The translations under genes were made by a program, and so were the position numbers. This document shows positions 49,593 through 62,599 of a DNA stretch of 64,000 nt, one piece after another. The DNA lies in NCBI GenBank assembly GCA_013239625.1, contig MU054391.1, positions 1,548,711 through 1,612,710 on the forward strand, given 5' to 3'. Position 1 is the first letter of the stretch; the number at the start of each line of letters is the position of its first letter. Source of the stretch: Lama guanicoe (lineage: Eukaryota). The notes under the pieces were generated by a model. It did no database searches. It was not told where the DNA came from and saw nothing but the letters and a program-made list of their open reading frames with translations.

Positions 49593-50819
49593 ATGGAGAA
49601 CGCTGAGGGTGCTGACCCGAGCAGCCCGGAGCGGAGCAGTCCAGCCCAGGGGCCAGCCGAGAGCACCCCTCCGCAGGTGCCTGGGGCAGGGCAGGGGCAG
49701 CTCCTGTACCACGAGGAGACCATTGACCTCGGTGGGGACGAGTTTGGGTCTGAAGAGAACGAGCCTGTGTCAGAAGACTCTAGCCACTTCGGGGACAAGC
49801 TGAACGAGCACTTGATGGAGAGCGTCCTCATCTCCGACTCTCCCAGCAACAGCGAGGACGACGCGGGCGACCCAGGCTGTTTGCAGGACGTCATGGAGCC
49901 CGCCGGAGGGACCGCAGGCCCCACGCTGGAGGACGTCATAGACAAGGGAGCACTGGACACTCCAAGTGATGACGTTGGAAGCGATGGAGAGGACACACCC
50001 AGAGATGTCTCGGACGTGACCCCCGACAGCAGAGCGTCGCTGAAGGAAGACCCAGAGCAAGAAGAAGTGGAAGACCTGCCCGCTTCAGAGAGCGGAGGTG
50101 CGGGGGCCTCGGGCCCGGGGGCAGGAGAGGCGCCCCCAGGGGGTGTGGCGGCGGGCGTGTGCCCCCGGCAGCCCCCACCCAGGGACGAGCCCGTGCCCGT
50201 GTGCACCATCTTCAGCCAGCCACAGCCCGCCGGCTCCCAGCCCCCGTCCCTGCGCGATGGCTTCGAGTCCCAGATGGTGAAATCTCCTAGTTTCAGCGGC
50301 GCGGGCGAGGCAGCGCCCAGGACCCCTCCGCAGGTGGTCCAGCCAAGCCCCAGCCTGAGTAAGTTTTTTGGAGATACGGCCAGCACTAACTCCTTGGCCT
50401 CCGACTTCTTTGACTCCTTCACAACTTCCACGTTCATCTCCGTCAGTAATCCCAACGCCGGCTCTTCGGTTCCGGAAAACTTGTCTTCACTCGCTGCCAC
50501 TCCGGGGGCAGAAAACTCCCCGGGCTCTGCTTCCTACTCCCCAGGGATGGAAAGATCAGAGTCTGGCATTTCCACGGCTTCTCTAGAAGTTCCCCAGTCT
50601 CCAAAACCGTTTTCGCAGATCCAGGCTGTGTTTGCAGGGAGCGAGGACCCCTTTGCCACCGCCCTGAGCATGAGTGAGATGGACCGCAGAAACGACGCCT
50701 GGCTTCCCGGGGAGGCGACGAGGAAGGTCCTGATTTCGGTGGCAACCCAGCAGTACAGCACGGTGTTCGTGGACAAGGAGGACCTCACCATGCCAGGCCT
50801 CAAGTTTGACAACATCCAG
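49593..50819 (+). CDS. TRAPPC12: TRAPPC12 (TTC15) first coding exon, 409 aa acidic and Pro/Ser-rich N-terminus
   Basis: Acceptor tttgtttcag|GCGACCATGG (exon starts 49587) and donor CAG|gtgaga. Motifs [38 protein letters not shown] and [17 protein letters not shown]...[12 protein letters not shown] match TRAPPC12. Confidence 0.96.
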
Positions 50820-53800
50820 GTGAGAGCGGAGGGACTCAGAGCAGGTGTGGGCTGGCGGGACCCTTCCCGGTGAGTGGGTGAGCCCGCGTCCGCAGCCCAC
50901 TCCTTTCCATCCGTATCTATGTTGTGTGTGTGTATGTGTAAAACCTTTCAAGGATCGAAAACCCCTTATTTTTCAGCAATTCCTAAGATTCTGACATGAG
51001 AATGTATGTAATGGTGTCACCAGGTAATTCGGAGCACTGTGGTTTCTCTGAGGCAACCCATGCAAGGTATTAGAGTCTTAGGAATATGTACCAGCAGGGC
51101 AGTCGCCTCACAGCTCTCTGAGGGAGCTCTGAACTTCATGTGGCCGGTTTATTTGCGCCATTTCAGCTCCAGTGAATGATAAATCTCCCATCCCTTTTTT
51201 TGTAGGGATTTCATTGCATGTAATATGCTTGATGTAGAAAGATTTCTTACAGATTCAGTTAAAAAAAAGAATGGCCCCTCAAAATAATTGCTAAAATATA
51301 TAAATGTTATATATAGTAAATATCAACATTAAAAAGTTCAATCTTACCAGTGATCAAAAATGTAAAGTTAATTTCACTTTCTATTGTCTCATTCATTTGT
51401 GATTATTTTACGTTTGTTAGGGTGTGGGAAACTAGCCTGTCTCAGGCAGCCCTGGAGGGAACATAATTTGGTACAAACTTTCTTAAGTGAAGTTGTAAAA
51501 TGCACATCCAAAGGTGCATGCCCTTTGACCCAGAAAGCCTGCCCTTAGGAATTATTTATAAGGAAATAATCTCACTGATGCACAAATACCAGCGTTGGGG
51601 ACGCCTGTCAGAGTGAGGCTCATAGTTGCAGAGAGTCAGAAACTGTCTGAAAGTCCACCGTCAGGAGGCTGGTTGCGTACGTTTGGTTCACCTTTGCAGG
51701 GGGATAGTTACATGGGGAGTAAAAGTGACGTTATAGGAAAGTATTTAATGAGGCTCGTTTTTATTATTACATTTACTGTTCGTTTTATTGTTTTACTGTT
51801 AAAAACCGGATATAAGCCAGCACATAGCATGCACAGCGTGACACAGATTTCTCTAGGTACCCGTATGCATCCGTAGGAGGTTGGCTCATTTGCACATCAG
51901 ACATGGCTCATCACACCCAGATTACGGGTGGGATCAGCAGTTTCTGGGACGCCATGTGCTGACCTCGTGTCCTGCGTTTGTCTCTCCTCCAGAAACTGAG
52001 GGAGGCCCTGCCGTCACCTCCGGGGAAGGAGTTCCCATCCCCGCACACAGGGCCAGGTCCGAAAGCCCGGCATAGGGAAGGGCTGGTCCGGGGGCTGGAG
52101 TCTGTGGACAGGAGGGTGGCTGCTGGGCAGAGAGGCCAGGTCGCCGTTCCCAGTAACTCAGGTGTGAGCCTGTATGTTCCGGGTGTTTCGCGTGCCGGTC
52201 CCTTTGGCGTGTCCCCTCTAACCGTCTTCCCTGCAGGCTTGCTGTTCACCAGGCACTGCCCTTGGCATCCTTGCTACCTTTTACCCAGAGTAACACCGAA
52301 CGTCAGTTTTACTTTTGCAGGGTCTTTCAGTGAACCCCAGTTATGGACTCTGATTTCAGGGGATATTTGATGGTTAGGATTTTCACTGAGTCCTCATCTG
52401 TCCCCCCACCCCAGCCCTGCCCCCACCCCTACTCCCCAAGGAGGCGGCCTTGGTGCTCTGCTTCACGTTTCTTCCCTTCCTCCCTCCTGGGGTCTTTGAA
52501 CTCTGCTCTTAAGCTCCTTTAACGTCAGTGCATCTGGCCCAGCGGTTCCCGACGGAGTGTTGGGGCCCAGGGGTCCTACGGTGCCTTTGGAAATGTGTAG
52601 AGGTGTTTCACTTTAGTTCCCGAAAGGCTGGGCTGAGCACAGGACACCAGTGGACGGGCAGGAGTGCTGTGTGTCCCGCGGTGGCTGGGTGGTGTCGCAC
52701 AGTGAAACCCGGGAGGCGGTGGTTCGCACATTGAGAGACACAGGTGCCGGCCGGCTGTGCTAGTTTAAAACTTCCTGTGAAAAGCGTGGGCTCTGGGCCA
52801 GCCTCTCTGTGGCGTTAAAGCATCCTTTCTCACCTCCCCAGTTCCAGGTGAAAGTAAGGAGGGATCCCGGAGTCAGCCAGCGGCTGGGGAGGCCCGTTGC
52901 ATGTGAGCACAACCAGGAGACGGTGCCTTTCCTTTTCGCTTCCTCTGGGTCCTAAGGCAGTGCCTTCCGTTCCTCGTGCAGCTCACAGCGGCTGTTCTGG
53001 AAACCCAGTGAACTGGAATACGGGTTAAGAGTAGCCCCCCAAATACCTTGACTTTCTCGTACAGCAAGCGAGCTGGATGTTTCTTCACTTGTGTCTCTTC
53101 AGTTGTGCATTATCCTTCAAGGGACCTTTCGTTCCCAGGATAGAAAAGAAAACCTGTGCGGTGGACCTTGGAAGTGCTGTTTGTCTGCAGAGGACTTAAG
53201 TTTGGTGGAGCACATCTCTTGACTCTCCATGTGCACCAGGCTCTTAGGATATCAGACAGCCATTTGCTGGATTTACCTGTTAACAGGTTTCTCACTGTGC
53301 CACTGTGACTGTCACAACGTTGTTCAAAGTCACCTTTCTGAAACACTTGCATTGAAATGTTCCCACATTGCTCCTTTGTGGGTGCCTAGTTAAAAATGCC
53401 TTCCTACGGGGTAAAATTTGAAAAGTAAAAAGCATGAAGTTGTTTCTCTGTGACGTTTCTCGTACACAGTCTCTGGGTTAAGTTAGGGACGGTGAAGACG
53501 AGCGTGTAACGCTGCGGCCACCCGGTGGCATCAGCAGGGGAACATTGGCATTTTTGACTAATTAGAGTTTTGGATGGTCTGTGTTCTTAAAGAAGTAAGT
53601 GGAAAAGTTTGTGGGGAAACGGTAGTTCGGAAATTTTCAGAACCAGTGAAGAATGGAAGTTGGAGAATGCGTGTATGAAGCTTGTTCACTGAAGAGAGAA
53701 AGAGGGATGGAAGGCGGGTGGGTGAGGGGAGAGAAGGAGACAGACAGAGGCAATAGCGTCTCGCTGGTCCAGGTGATGAGGGGACTGGGGCCTCCGCGCA

Positions 53801-55374
53801 CCCTGGCCGGTGCCAGCGGATCTAGGAACCCCACCTATAGACTTTGAGGCTGGGCCATTCCACCACCCCGTCTGACCCCGTTCCCCAATTCTCTCCTCTC
53901 CTCACCTTTCCTGCAGTTTGGATTTGGCAGGAATCCCGTCGGGGAAGCCCATGCAGTCTGGGGAAGCCCCCATCCTGGGCTGATCTAAGTCCTTGTGCTG
54001 GAAACCCGCAGACGGCCGAAGACGTACCAGTCACCGCAGGTCTGCTGGCTACAGGTTCTCTCAGCTTTGAGTCTGAGAAAGTTACTTCCTCTTCCTTGTT
54101 CGAGGTTCCTTCTGCTGGAAATGCGGTCTGTTCACCACACATGGACTTCCCGGCTGGCGCAGCTTTGTCCTGCCAGCACCTTGAAGATGCCCTTGCATCC
54201 TCCCCTGCTCGGTGTCGTCGCTCAGGTGACGTCTGTGGCAGTCTTAGCTTTGCGCCTCTGTGCCTGACCTACGTTCCCCTCTGCCTGCTTTTAGGGTCTT
54301 ATCCCTGGTTTCTGCAGTTTGACTCTCACGTGCCTTCTTGTGGTTTTCTTCTGTGTTTGTCTCTTTTAGGATTCGTTGACCCTGCTGGCTCTGTGAATTT
54401 ATCATTTTCATCAGTTTTGAAACATTTTTGATCGTTAGTTCCTCGCTTAGCCTTTCTGGTTTTCACTTTCTCTCCTCTCCTTTCATGTACTAGTTGATAT
54501 GCCAAAGAGGTCTCGTTTCTTGTGTGTTTTTTAATCTTTTTTCTGTTTGTACTTAAGTTGAGAAATCTGTTGTGTCCTTAAGTTCACTTATCTTTCCTTC
54601 TGCGCTTTGTAGTTTGCAGTTGATGCTAGTCAGTAAAGTTTTCATGTTTTTTTGTCTCTAGAATTCCCATTTGGTTCTTCTTTATATATTTTTCTCTCTC
54701 CATTGTGTTCAAGTTTTACTTTAGATCTTTGAGCACACTTATAATAGCTGTCTTATGGTTTTCTTGTGAAAATTCCATCTGCAATTTCAGGGTCTGTTTG
54801 TATTTGGATCTGTCTCTTGGTTACGGGTTGCGTGTGGCTGCTTTTTCACGTCTAGTTATTTTTGATTAGAGGCTGGATATTGTGGATTTCATATTGTTGC
54901 ATGTCTGTATTTTGCCACCTTCTGTCAAAAAGACTTACACTTTGCTCCGGCAGGCATGTTGTAGGCAGATTTGTCTGACCCTTTTCAGGTTTGTTGTTAA
55001 GCTTTTCAGAGTGAGCTAAGAGTAGCTTTTACCCTCGGCTGACCCTTCTGCCGGCTGTACTGAGAGCCTCGGTGTCTGAGAGCGCTCCTAGTGCTTGTCC
55101 TGGGCTCGACATCTCCCAGCCCCTGTAGCTCACCGCCCCACCCGTCATCCCTCCCGTCTCCCCCCAGAGCTTCCACCTGAGCATGCACCGCTCACTACTC
55201 AACAGGAGACTCAAGGACTCCCACGCAGGGGTGCAGGCCCATCCTTTGCATGGCTCCCTCCTGCCTAGTGCTCTGACCTACAAATTCCAGGCACCCCACC
55301 TTCTCCAGCTCCCAGCCAGTTCCCACTCAGCAAGTTCACACACTCCTGCACTGTGGTCCAAAAAGTGCCCTTTT

Positions 55375-56363
55375 TAAAAAAAATTTTTAATTGAAGTATA
55401 GTCAGTTACAATGTGTCAATTTCTGGTGACACATACATACATATATTCGTTTTCATATTCTTTTTCATTATAGGTTACTGTAAGATATGGAATAGATCTT
55501 ATAGTTCCCTGTGCTATACTGAAGAAATTTGGTATTTTTTTATCTGTTTTATATATAGTAATTAATATTTGCAAATCTCGAGCTCCTAGTTTATCCCTTC
55601 CCACCCCTTTCCTCCCCATAGCCGTAAGTTCATTTTCTATGCCTGTGAGTCTGTTTCTGCTTTGTAGATAAATTCATTAGTGTCTTTTTTTTTTCAGGTT
55701 CCAGATATGAATGATCTCATATGGTATTTTTCTTTCTCTTTCTGGCTTACTTCACTTAGAATGAGGATCTCCAGGTCCATCCATGTTGTAGCAAATGACA
55801 TTGTTTTATCCTTTTTATGGCTGAGTAGTATTCCACTGTATAAATATATCACAACTTCTTTATCCAGTCATCTGTTGATGGACATTTAGGTTGCTTCCAT
55901 GTCTTGGCTATTGTAAATAGTGCTGCTATGAACATTGGGGTGCAGGTGTCTTTTCAATTTTCAAATTAGAGTTTCTTCCAGATACATGACCAGGACTGGG
56001 ATTCCTGGATCATATGGTAAGTCTATCTTTAGTTTTTTGAGGAATCTCCGTACTTTTTTCCACAGTGGCTGCACCAAACTGCATTCCCACCAGCAGTGTA
56101 GGAGGGTTCCCTTTTCTCCCCACCCTCTCCAGCATTTATCGTTTGTGTACTTTTTACTTTTATGATGGCCATTCTGACTGGTGTGAGATGATATCTCATT
56201 GTAGTTTTGATTTGCATTTCTCTGATAATTATCGATATTGAGCATTTTTTCATGCAGCTATCAGCCATTTGTATGTCTTCATTGGAGAATTGCTTGTTTA
56301 GGTCTTTTGCCCGTTTTTGGATTGGGTTGTTTGTTTTTTCTTTGTTATTAAGTTGCATGAGCT
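55375..56363 (-). mobile_element. 5'-truncated L1 (ORF2 C-terminus plus 3' UTR), antisense to TRAPPC12
   Basis: ORFs 56029..56385(-) ([12 protein letters not shown]...[23 protein letters not shown]) and 55961..56245(-) ([18 protein letters not shown]...) are frameshifted L1 ORF2p. TSD-like caaaaagtgccc / caaaaggtgcct. Confidence 0.93.
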
Positions 56364-56741
56364 CAAAAGGTGCCTTTGGATGCAAGAGCTCAACTCATCT
56401 TTTCCCTTCTCTCAGGTCACAGCCTTTTTCTGCGTCTGAAAACAATGTTTCACCTTTTTTTCCCCAGTGTTGCAGGTGTTTGCACTGGTGAGTAAGCACA
56501 GCCAGCTGCTCTGTGGCAGACAGAAGCAGAAGGTACTGCTCACGCCTGGGCCTCCCTGCCCTTCCTGGGTCCCTGACGGGAGGGATGCATGGCTGAGTTG
56601 AGACATGTGAGTGAGACCAGGAGGGTCTGCAGAGGCCCGCCTGGGCCGTGTTGCCACAGTCCCGGAGCCAGCTTAACCTGTTACAGGTTCCCGTCGGCCC
56701 TGATTTCCTGAGGGCTTCATATGAAGAGGGGTTTAGATTTG

Positions 56742-57270
56742 TTTTGTTTTTGCAGCTTAATCAAGATATAATTCACATGCCATACAATTCACACAATTTA
56801 CAGTTCAGTGGTATTTAGCATTTTTGACAGAGTTGCACAATCATCACAATTTTTAGAACATTTTCATCACCCAAAAGGAACCCCAAACCTTTTTGCATTC
56901 AGTATCCATCCCCACACTGCACCCCAGCTCCAGGCAACCACGAATCTGCTTGTCTCTGGGGATCCTCCTTCTCTGGGTGTTTCATGCGAGTGAGTCCCAC
57001 AGTCGTGGTCTCTCAGGACTGGCTTCCGTCACTGGGCGTCACACATTCAAGAGCCCTCCGAGCTATAGCATGCGTCGGTGCGCCATTCCTTTCTACTGTC
57101 AGATACGCTTGACCTTGAGCAGTGCGGGCTTGAAGTGTGCAGGTCTGCTGATTGCTGGATTGTGTAGTAAGTCTGTGTTTAATGTCTTGAGGAGCATCCA
57201 AGCTGTCTCCTGGAAGGGCTGCACCGTTTTACGTTCCGTCTGACGTATGCAGGCTCCAGTTTCCCCGCGA
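56742..57270 (-). mobile_element. Older L1 3' end, antisense
   Basis: gatataattcacatgccatacaattcac...ttttagaacattttcatcaccc...gcaccgttttacgttcc. Confidence 0.75.
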
Positions 57271-59888
57271 CCTCGAGCTTGGGGTTTGTTTTGTTTGGTT
57301 TGTTCGGATGCTGTCGGTTCCGGTGGTTTCACTCCCCGGGAGGAAGCAGATAGAGCGCCCCAGGACGCACAGCCGCGTGTCCCCGAGGGAACCGAGGTGG
57401 CGCTCGGCCCGGCCTGGGGCAGGTGCCTGCTGCTGTCTCGGCACCGTGCCCGTGACACGCCTGTTGCCGGGCCTCCCTGACCCAACGTAAAGCCCATGCT
57501 GAGTCCGCTGCTCTGGGCTCTGCTTTGTCTTCGTCCGTTAAACGCTTGCAGGCTCTGCTAGAGCCGCCCCTGCGCTGCAGGAGGGGGCAGCCCCCCGCCC
57601 TCTGCCGGCTGAGATCCAGCTGCTCGCTCTTCCATAGCACCTGACGGGGAGCGGGCGTCCTCCCCGCGCCAGCCCCTGGGCCCTGATCGGTCACGTGCTG
57701 TCTCCCACATTCCCCTGGAGCAAACCCTGAGGTCCGCCAGTTTGAAGGGATCCTGGGTTCTAGGTGGTTCCCTTCCCAGGGGCCACAGCACAGCTCTCAG
57801 AACATCCTGGGAGGAGGCTTCCCCCCACCCCCGTCCCAGGAGCCACAGGGGACCTGCATCAGAGACGCATGGCCCCGCGTCAGAACCGCCTCCCGCAGAG
57901 AGACGCAGCGAGAGCCGGGCCTTGCTAGGACGCCTCGTGCTGTCCCTGGGCTTCAGGGGCGAGGCGCTTGTCAGACCTGCGCGTGCTCCTGTCTCAGGAG
58001 CCCCCTGTGCCGACGCCAATGTTTAAAGGGACTTTAAAGGGCAGGGGATCTTTGCGGTGCGGTCTAATTAACTGAGAGCGTCGCAGGAACCAAGGGCTTA
58101 GACAGGGCACGCCCCGCGGCACTGAGATGTGCTCTGCCCTTTCCTGGTCGCGGCCCCTCTGGCCCCAGTGAGGCTCTTTGTCTGGTAGGAGCTGTGCTCG
58201 TGCCGAGCTTCGTGGGGCTGCGTGGCCGAGCCCGCTTCCTCCTGCCCTTTCATTCTCCCTCCTCGCTCAGTGAGCCCTGCTGTGGTCCTGGCACTTGCAG
58301 TGGTTCACCTTACTCTCTGAGAGCAGAAGATAATCGATCTGCAGCTTCTAGATCCTTGCCCTCGTGTAGGAGGTGTGGCTTGGCCTCTGAGCACCAGGCT
58401 TGGCGCCCAGGGCCAGACCAGAGCGAGAGCGCGACCGCAGGCTGTTGCCTTCCCTCCCCTGCTGTGGTGGCTGTGAGCCTCCAGTTCGCACGTCCCCATG
58501 GTGGTGGTGTTTACGTGTCACCCCGCAGATGGCGAGGAGGAATCAGGTGGCCCTGCGTGTGGGCAGACTGCTGCTCCTTCGTTCTTCCTGAGGAGGGACC
58601 AGCAGGAAGGCCCTGGCTGGTCGCAGCGTCTGCAGGGCACGTCCTCTGTCACCATGCGCACCTGCGTTCCCTGCAGAATCGGTGTCCGCTGCGCTGCCCG
58701 TGCTGAAAAGAGGCCTCCGCTCAGGGATGGGAGATTCGGGCCTCCTTGCCCACCTCCCCAGGTTGGCCTAGTTCTGTTTCTCGGGCGGCTCAACAGGGAG
58801 ATCAGGGCCTCTGCCAGCAGCTGGATGCAGTGGCTGGGCCTGCCGCCCGCAGGACCTCGAGGGCAGGTCAGGGAAGGCCAGGCCAGCTCGCACTCCAGTG
58901 ACTGCTCGGCGACTTTCCCAGCTGTGCATCCTAAAGGGACAGGGTGCTTCAGACCTCCTCCCATCACGGCTGTCTGTCCTGGGCCTGGACCACTCAGCTT
59001 TGGGGCCCCGTGCCCCACGACCCCTCTCAGTGGGTGGGCCTGACAATGGTGGCCTTGGGCCATGGGGCCTGTTCCCCGTGCTGAGCTCAGCCCAGGGCTC
59101 GGCCCCCAAGCGGCACCGTGGCCCACGGGTCTCCACGGCTCTCAGCTTTCTCTGCTCGCTTCCGTCCGGGGACCCTGCGCTGGGCCAGGGGACTGGCTGG
59201 CTCCCAGCTCTGGGGGGCAGGCTCCACCTTCCGTCTTAAGCCACAAGGACCCTTGCTGAGCTCCTGGGCCTCTGTCCGAGGCTCCTGCCCGGGTTCCTCC
59301 TGGTCCCTTGATGGTCCCTCTGGCCCAGCCTTGCCTTTCTGCCCCTCTCCACACACTCACTCAGCCTCGTCTCACTCGGCGGCTCTAACATGGTCCCAAT
59401 CCTTCGGGCGGAGGGCCTGGCCACAGGGGTGTGCAACACCTGCTCAGGAGTGAGTGCAGCGCTGGGAGGAAGGCGGCCTCGCCTCCAGTAACTGCTTTAC
59501 CCCCGGGGCTCCCAGAGGCCCAAGCCAGCTGGCGGGCTGACGGGAGGTAGGCAGAGGGCCCTGGGCCAGCCATGCACGCTGCTTCTCCCGGGGACCGCCA
59601 CCCCCTTGTCCCCGGTGTCACCTCCTGCTCGGGTGGGGCCCCTCCTGGCTTGCTGCGCCTCTTTTGGAAGCCTGGTGCAGGCGGCGGTGATTTGCTGCCT
59701 CCTCCCCGAAGGAAAGAGCCATTCTAACACTCGCATTTCATTAAAGGTCGTGACACTAACGTCTGGTTAATTCTCGAACGCCTGGTTAAGTGACGTTTTC
59801 CTGTACTGTAACCACGTTTGCACTTCCACACACCAATGGAGAAGAAAGGAACTTTGGTCAGTTATGGGTTCTGGCTAGCTGAGTTTAA

Positions 59889-60086
<198 letters not shown>

Positions 60087-62599
60087 TGAGAAGTCCTGCC
60101 TCCCTTCATAATATTTTCCCTGGAGTCAATTACTTTGAATATCTCGTCCAAAGTCCTTGAACGCAAATAGACTCTTGGATTGGGCACCAGTGCTGTACAG
60201 CAAAGGGCATCGTGTTAATATGCTGTGTATTTTTTAAGTCTGGGTTAAAAAGCATTATTTCAGATAAGCACCTTACTTGAAGCAGTGTGTACTTTCATTA
60301 ATATGCTTCATCAAAATAACTAGAGTTACATGGTTTTATGTATGTTTTAAAATACTCTTCTCCACTTGGTGTAGAAGATTTGTTGCTGAGTGAGTGGATT
60401 CACCCGCAGTACACATAGAGCCCTGCCTTACTCATTTACAGGAGTGAGTGCGAACGCCCAGGCGGAGGCGCTGGCCTGAAACAGGAGTAGGGAACTGAGC
60501 TGCGGACATGCTGCCGCGGGATGGCCAGGCGCTCCTGGGGGCCTGCGCACTCCTGGAGCTCGTGTGCCCCACAGCTGCCTGTTTTATCGGCGTCTTTTAT
60601 TACGTTACAAAAGCACACGTCCTCAAAAAGGTCAATAAGAAACACTTGCGTAGGTGGGTAGCTGACGTTTTACACGTTGAACCAGTTCAAGTTTAATTTT
60701 TCGCGGATGTGCAGCAGTGCCCCGTTGAGGCTCTTGCACTGAAGGGGCCCTGGAATCACCTCTGCGAGGGGGAGTCTCTGCGAAGGAAGGAGGTGCGCAA
60801 GTGTGTTTCTAAAAGGGAGAGAGAACGGCTAACCCTAGAGCATCCATGTGCAGCATCGCTCGTCAGTGAAGTCACAGGTCTCGGGGGGTAGCCGTGTCCA
60901 TGGCCGAGTGACATGGGGAGGTGCACCTGTGGCTGTCGTGGGAGTGCCGCTGTCGCTGCCGTCACTTGGCTCGAGAAGCTGCCGTTCTCAGTACAGCGTC
61001 ATGAGTGGCAGGTGGCTTTCGAAGTGTGACTCTGTGGTGATGAGTTTAAAGAGACCACGAGAAGCCACACGCGCTCAGTGTAACTAATCTCTTCTCAGGT
61101 GATCTTTGTACCTCCTTCGATTATTATTAATTTGATTATTATTGTTAGTAAATACATACAGTGGTTTGATTTTTTCATACGTTGGGAATACTTGAGGCCA
61201 GTTGAGATTGTGTTACCAGCCCTAGCAGGGAGACCTAGTTAAGGTGAGAAGTGTATTTATACAAAGACCATTGCCTTGCCCTGGTATTTTAATTATGCCC
61301 TAAAATACTTGCTCTCGTCTTTAAGACTGGAAAAGAGTTTCTCAATGTATTTCCTAAGTACTGTCAGAGTGTTTTAAGACTGTAATTTCCAGGGAAATGA
61401 ATGTCACAGCCCGTGGAGAAGGACGTTTTAATCACTCCAGTGGTGTCATATGTAGTGTTAACGATTTCCTTAGAGTCGTAGGTGAGGAAAAGTTACACAC
61501 ATACTGTTAGCTACTTGAGTGATTTTTATTGGTCTATTTTTCTCGTCTTCAAGAAGCTGTGGAATGCCTATGTTTAGTTCTTCAAATAGAGCGTGTATCT
61601 TATTTCCTAGTTTAAAAAAAAGTCCTATTTATTTGAAGTCAGGTATTTTCTCCGGTCAGAATAACTTCATTCTCGGGCTCTACAGGTCATACACAGTAAT
61701 TGAGATTTTCATAGGACTTTCTGCACAGAACTTAAAGATTAACCTGGTATATTTAATTTTAATTTTAAAAATAATTCTTTCAACAAACCTTTCTGGTATT
61801 TAACATGGAAAATAGAGGAGGACCCCCAGGAAGGGGAAGTAGAGGTGGAAAGCAGTGAGACCAGGGTGGCGTGGAACTCCGAGAAAACCCGTATTACAGT
61901 CGAGCAGCGGCAGCGCGGCGTCCCGGCCCGGCTCTCGCGGGCTGCGGGCGGAGGGCGCTGTCTTGGAGGGCGGGGAGTGCCGGGCATTAGCGCTCCTGCA
62001 CCCCCCCGCCCCCCGCAGGCCTGCTGCCTGACTCACCGCTCGGCCGCCCGGAGCTGCGGGGACATGGGAGCGGGGCGCAGGCAGCCCCAGTCCCCCCTCT
62101 GAGTTTTCCCGTCAACAGGGGCCCTGGCCCTGCCGGCTCTGCATCACCTCTCGGGCAAGTCTGAAGAGCAGGAGACCAGGCTGTCTGGAGTCAGCAGAAG
62201 TGATCCCCGGCACCCCGCACCCGGCACACGCGTGTGTGCACACGCACACACATGCACGCTTGATGCGTGTGACAGGGGTGTCCACTGTGCTTTCTCATTG
62301 GAAGCTCAAACAGGGACAAAAGCTGGAAAGGCGTGAAGCTGAAGCAGGAACCCCTTCCCGCCACAGCAGCAGGGCGGAGGCGAGGGCGGGTGCAGCCTCT
62401 CCGGGCCCAGCCGGGGTCGAGCCGCGTTGGCACAGGGGAGCTGGTGGGAAGGAGCCGAGCCTGGAGCACATGTGTGGGGGGAGCAGTGCTGCAATTGTTG
62501 GGGAGAGAGCGGAATGAATGGAGGGACGAGGGGCGTGGAGCTCCCTGCACGTTCAAGTGGGAAAAATAAAGAAGACTGCTACCTGTAAACACACAGAAG

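Noticed and set aside
49583..50500. 305-aa minus-strand ORF overlapping the TRAPPC12 first coding exon
   Set aside because: Shadow ORF expected opposite a GC-rich coding exon; Ser/Gly/Pro-rich with no domain and no promoter or splice evidence.
55961..56385. ORFs similar to a reverse-transcriptase-containing protein
   Set aside because: Frameshifted C-terminal fragments of a 5'-truncated L1 ORF2; not a functional gene.
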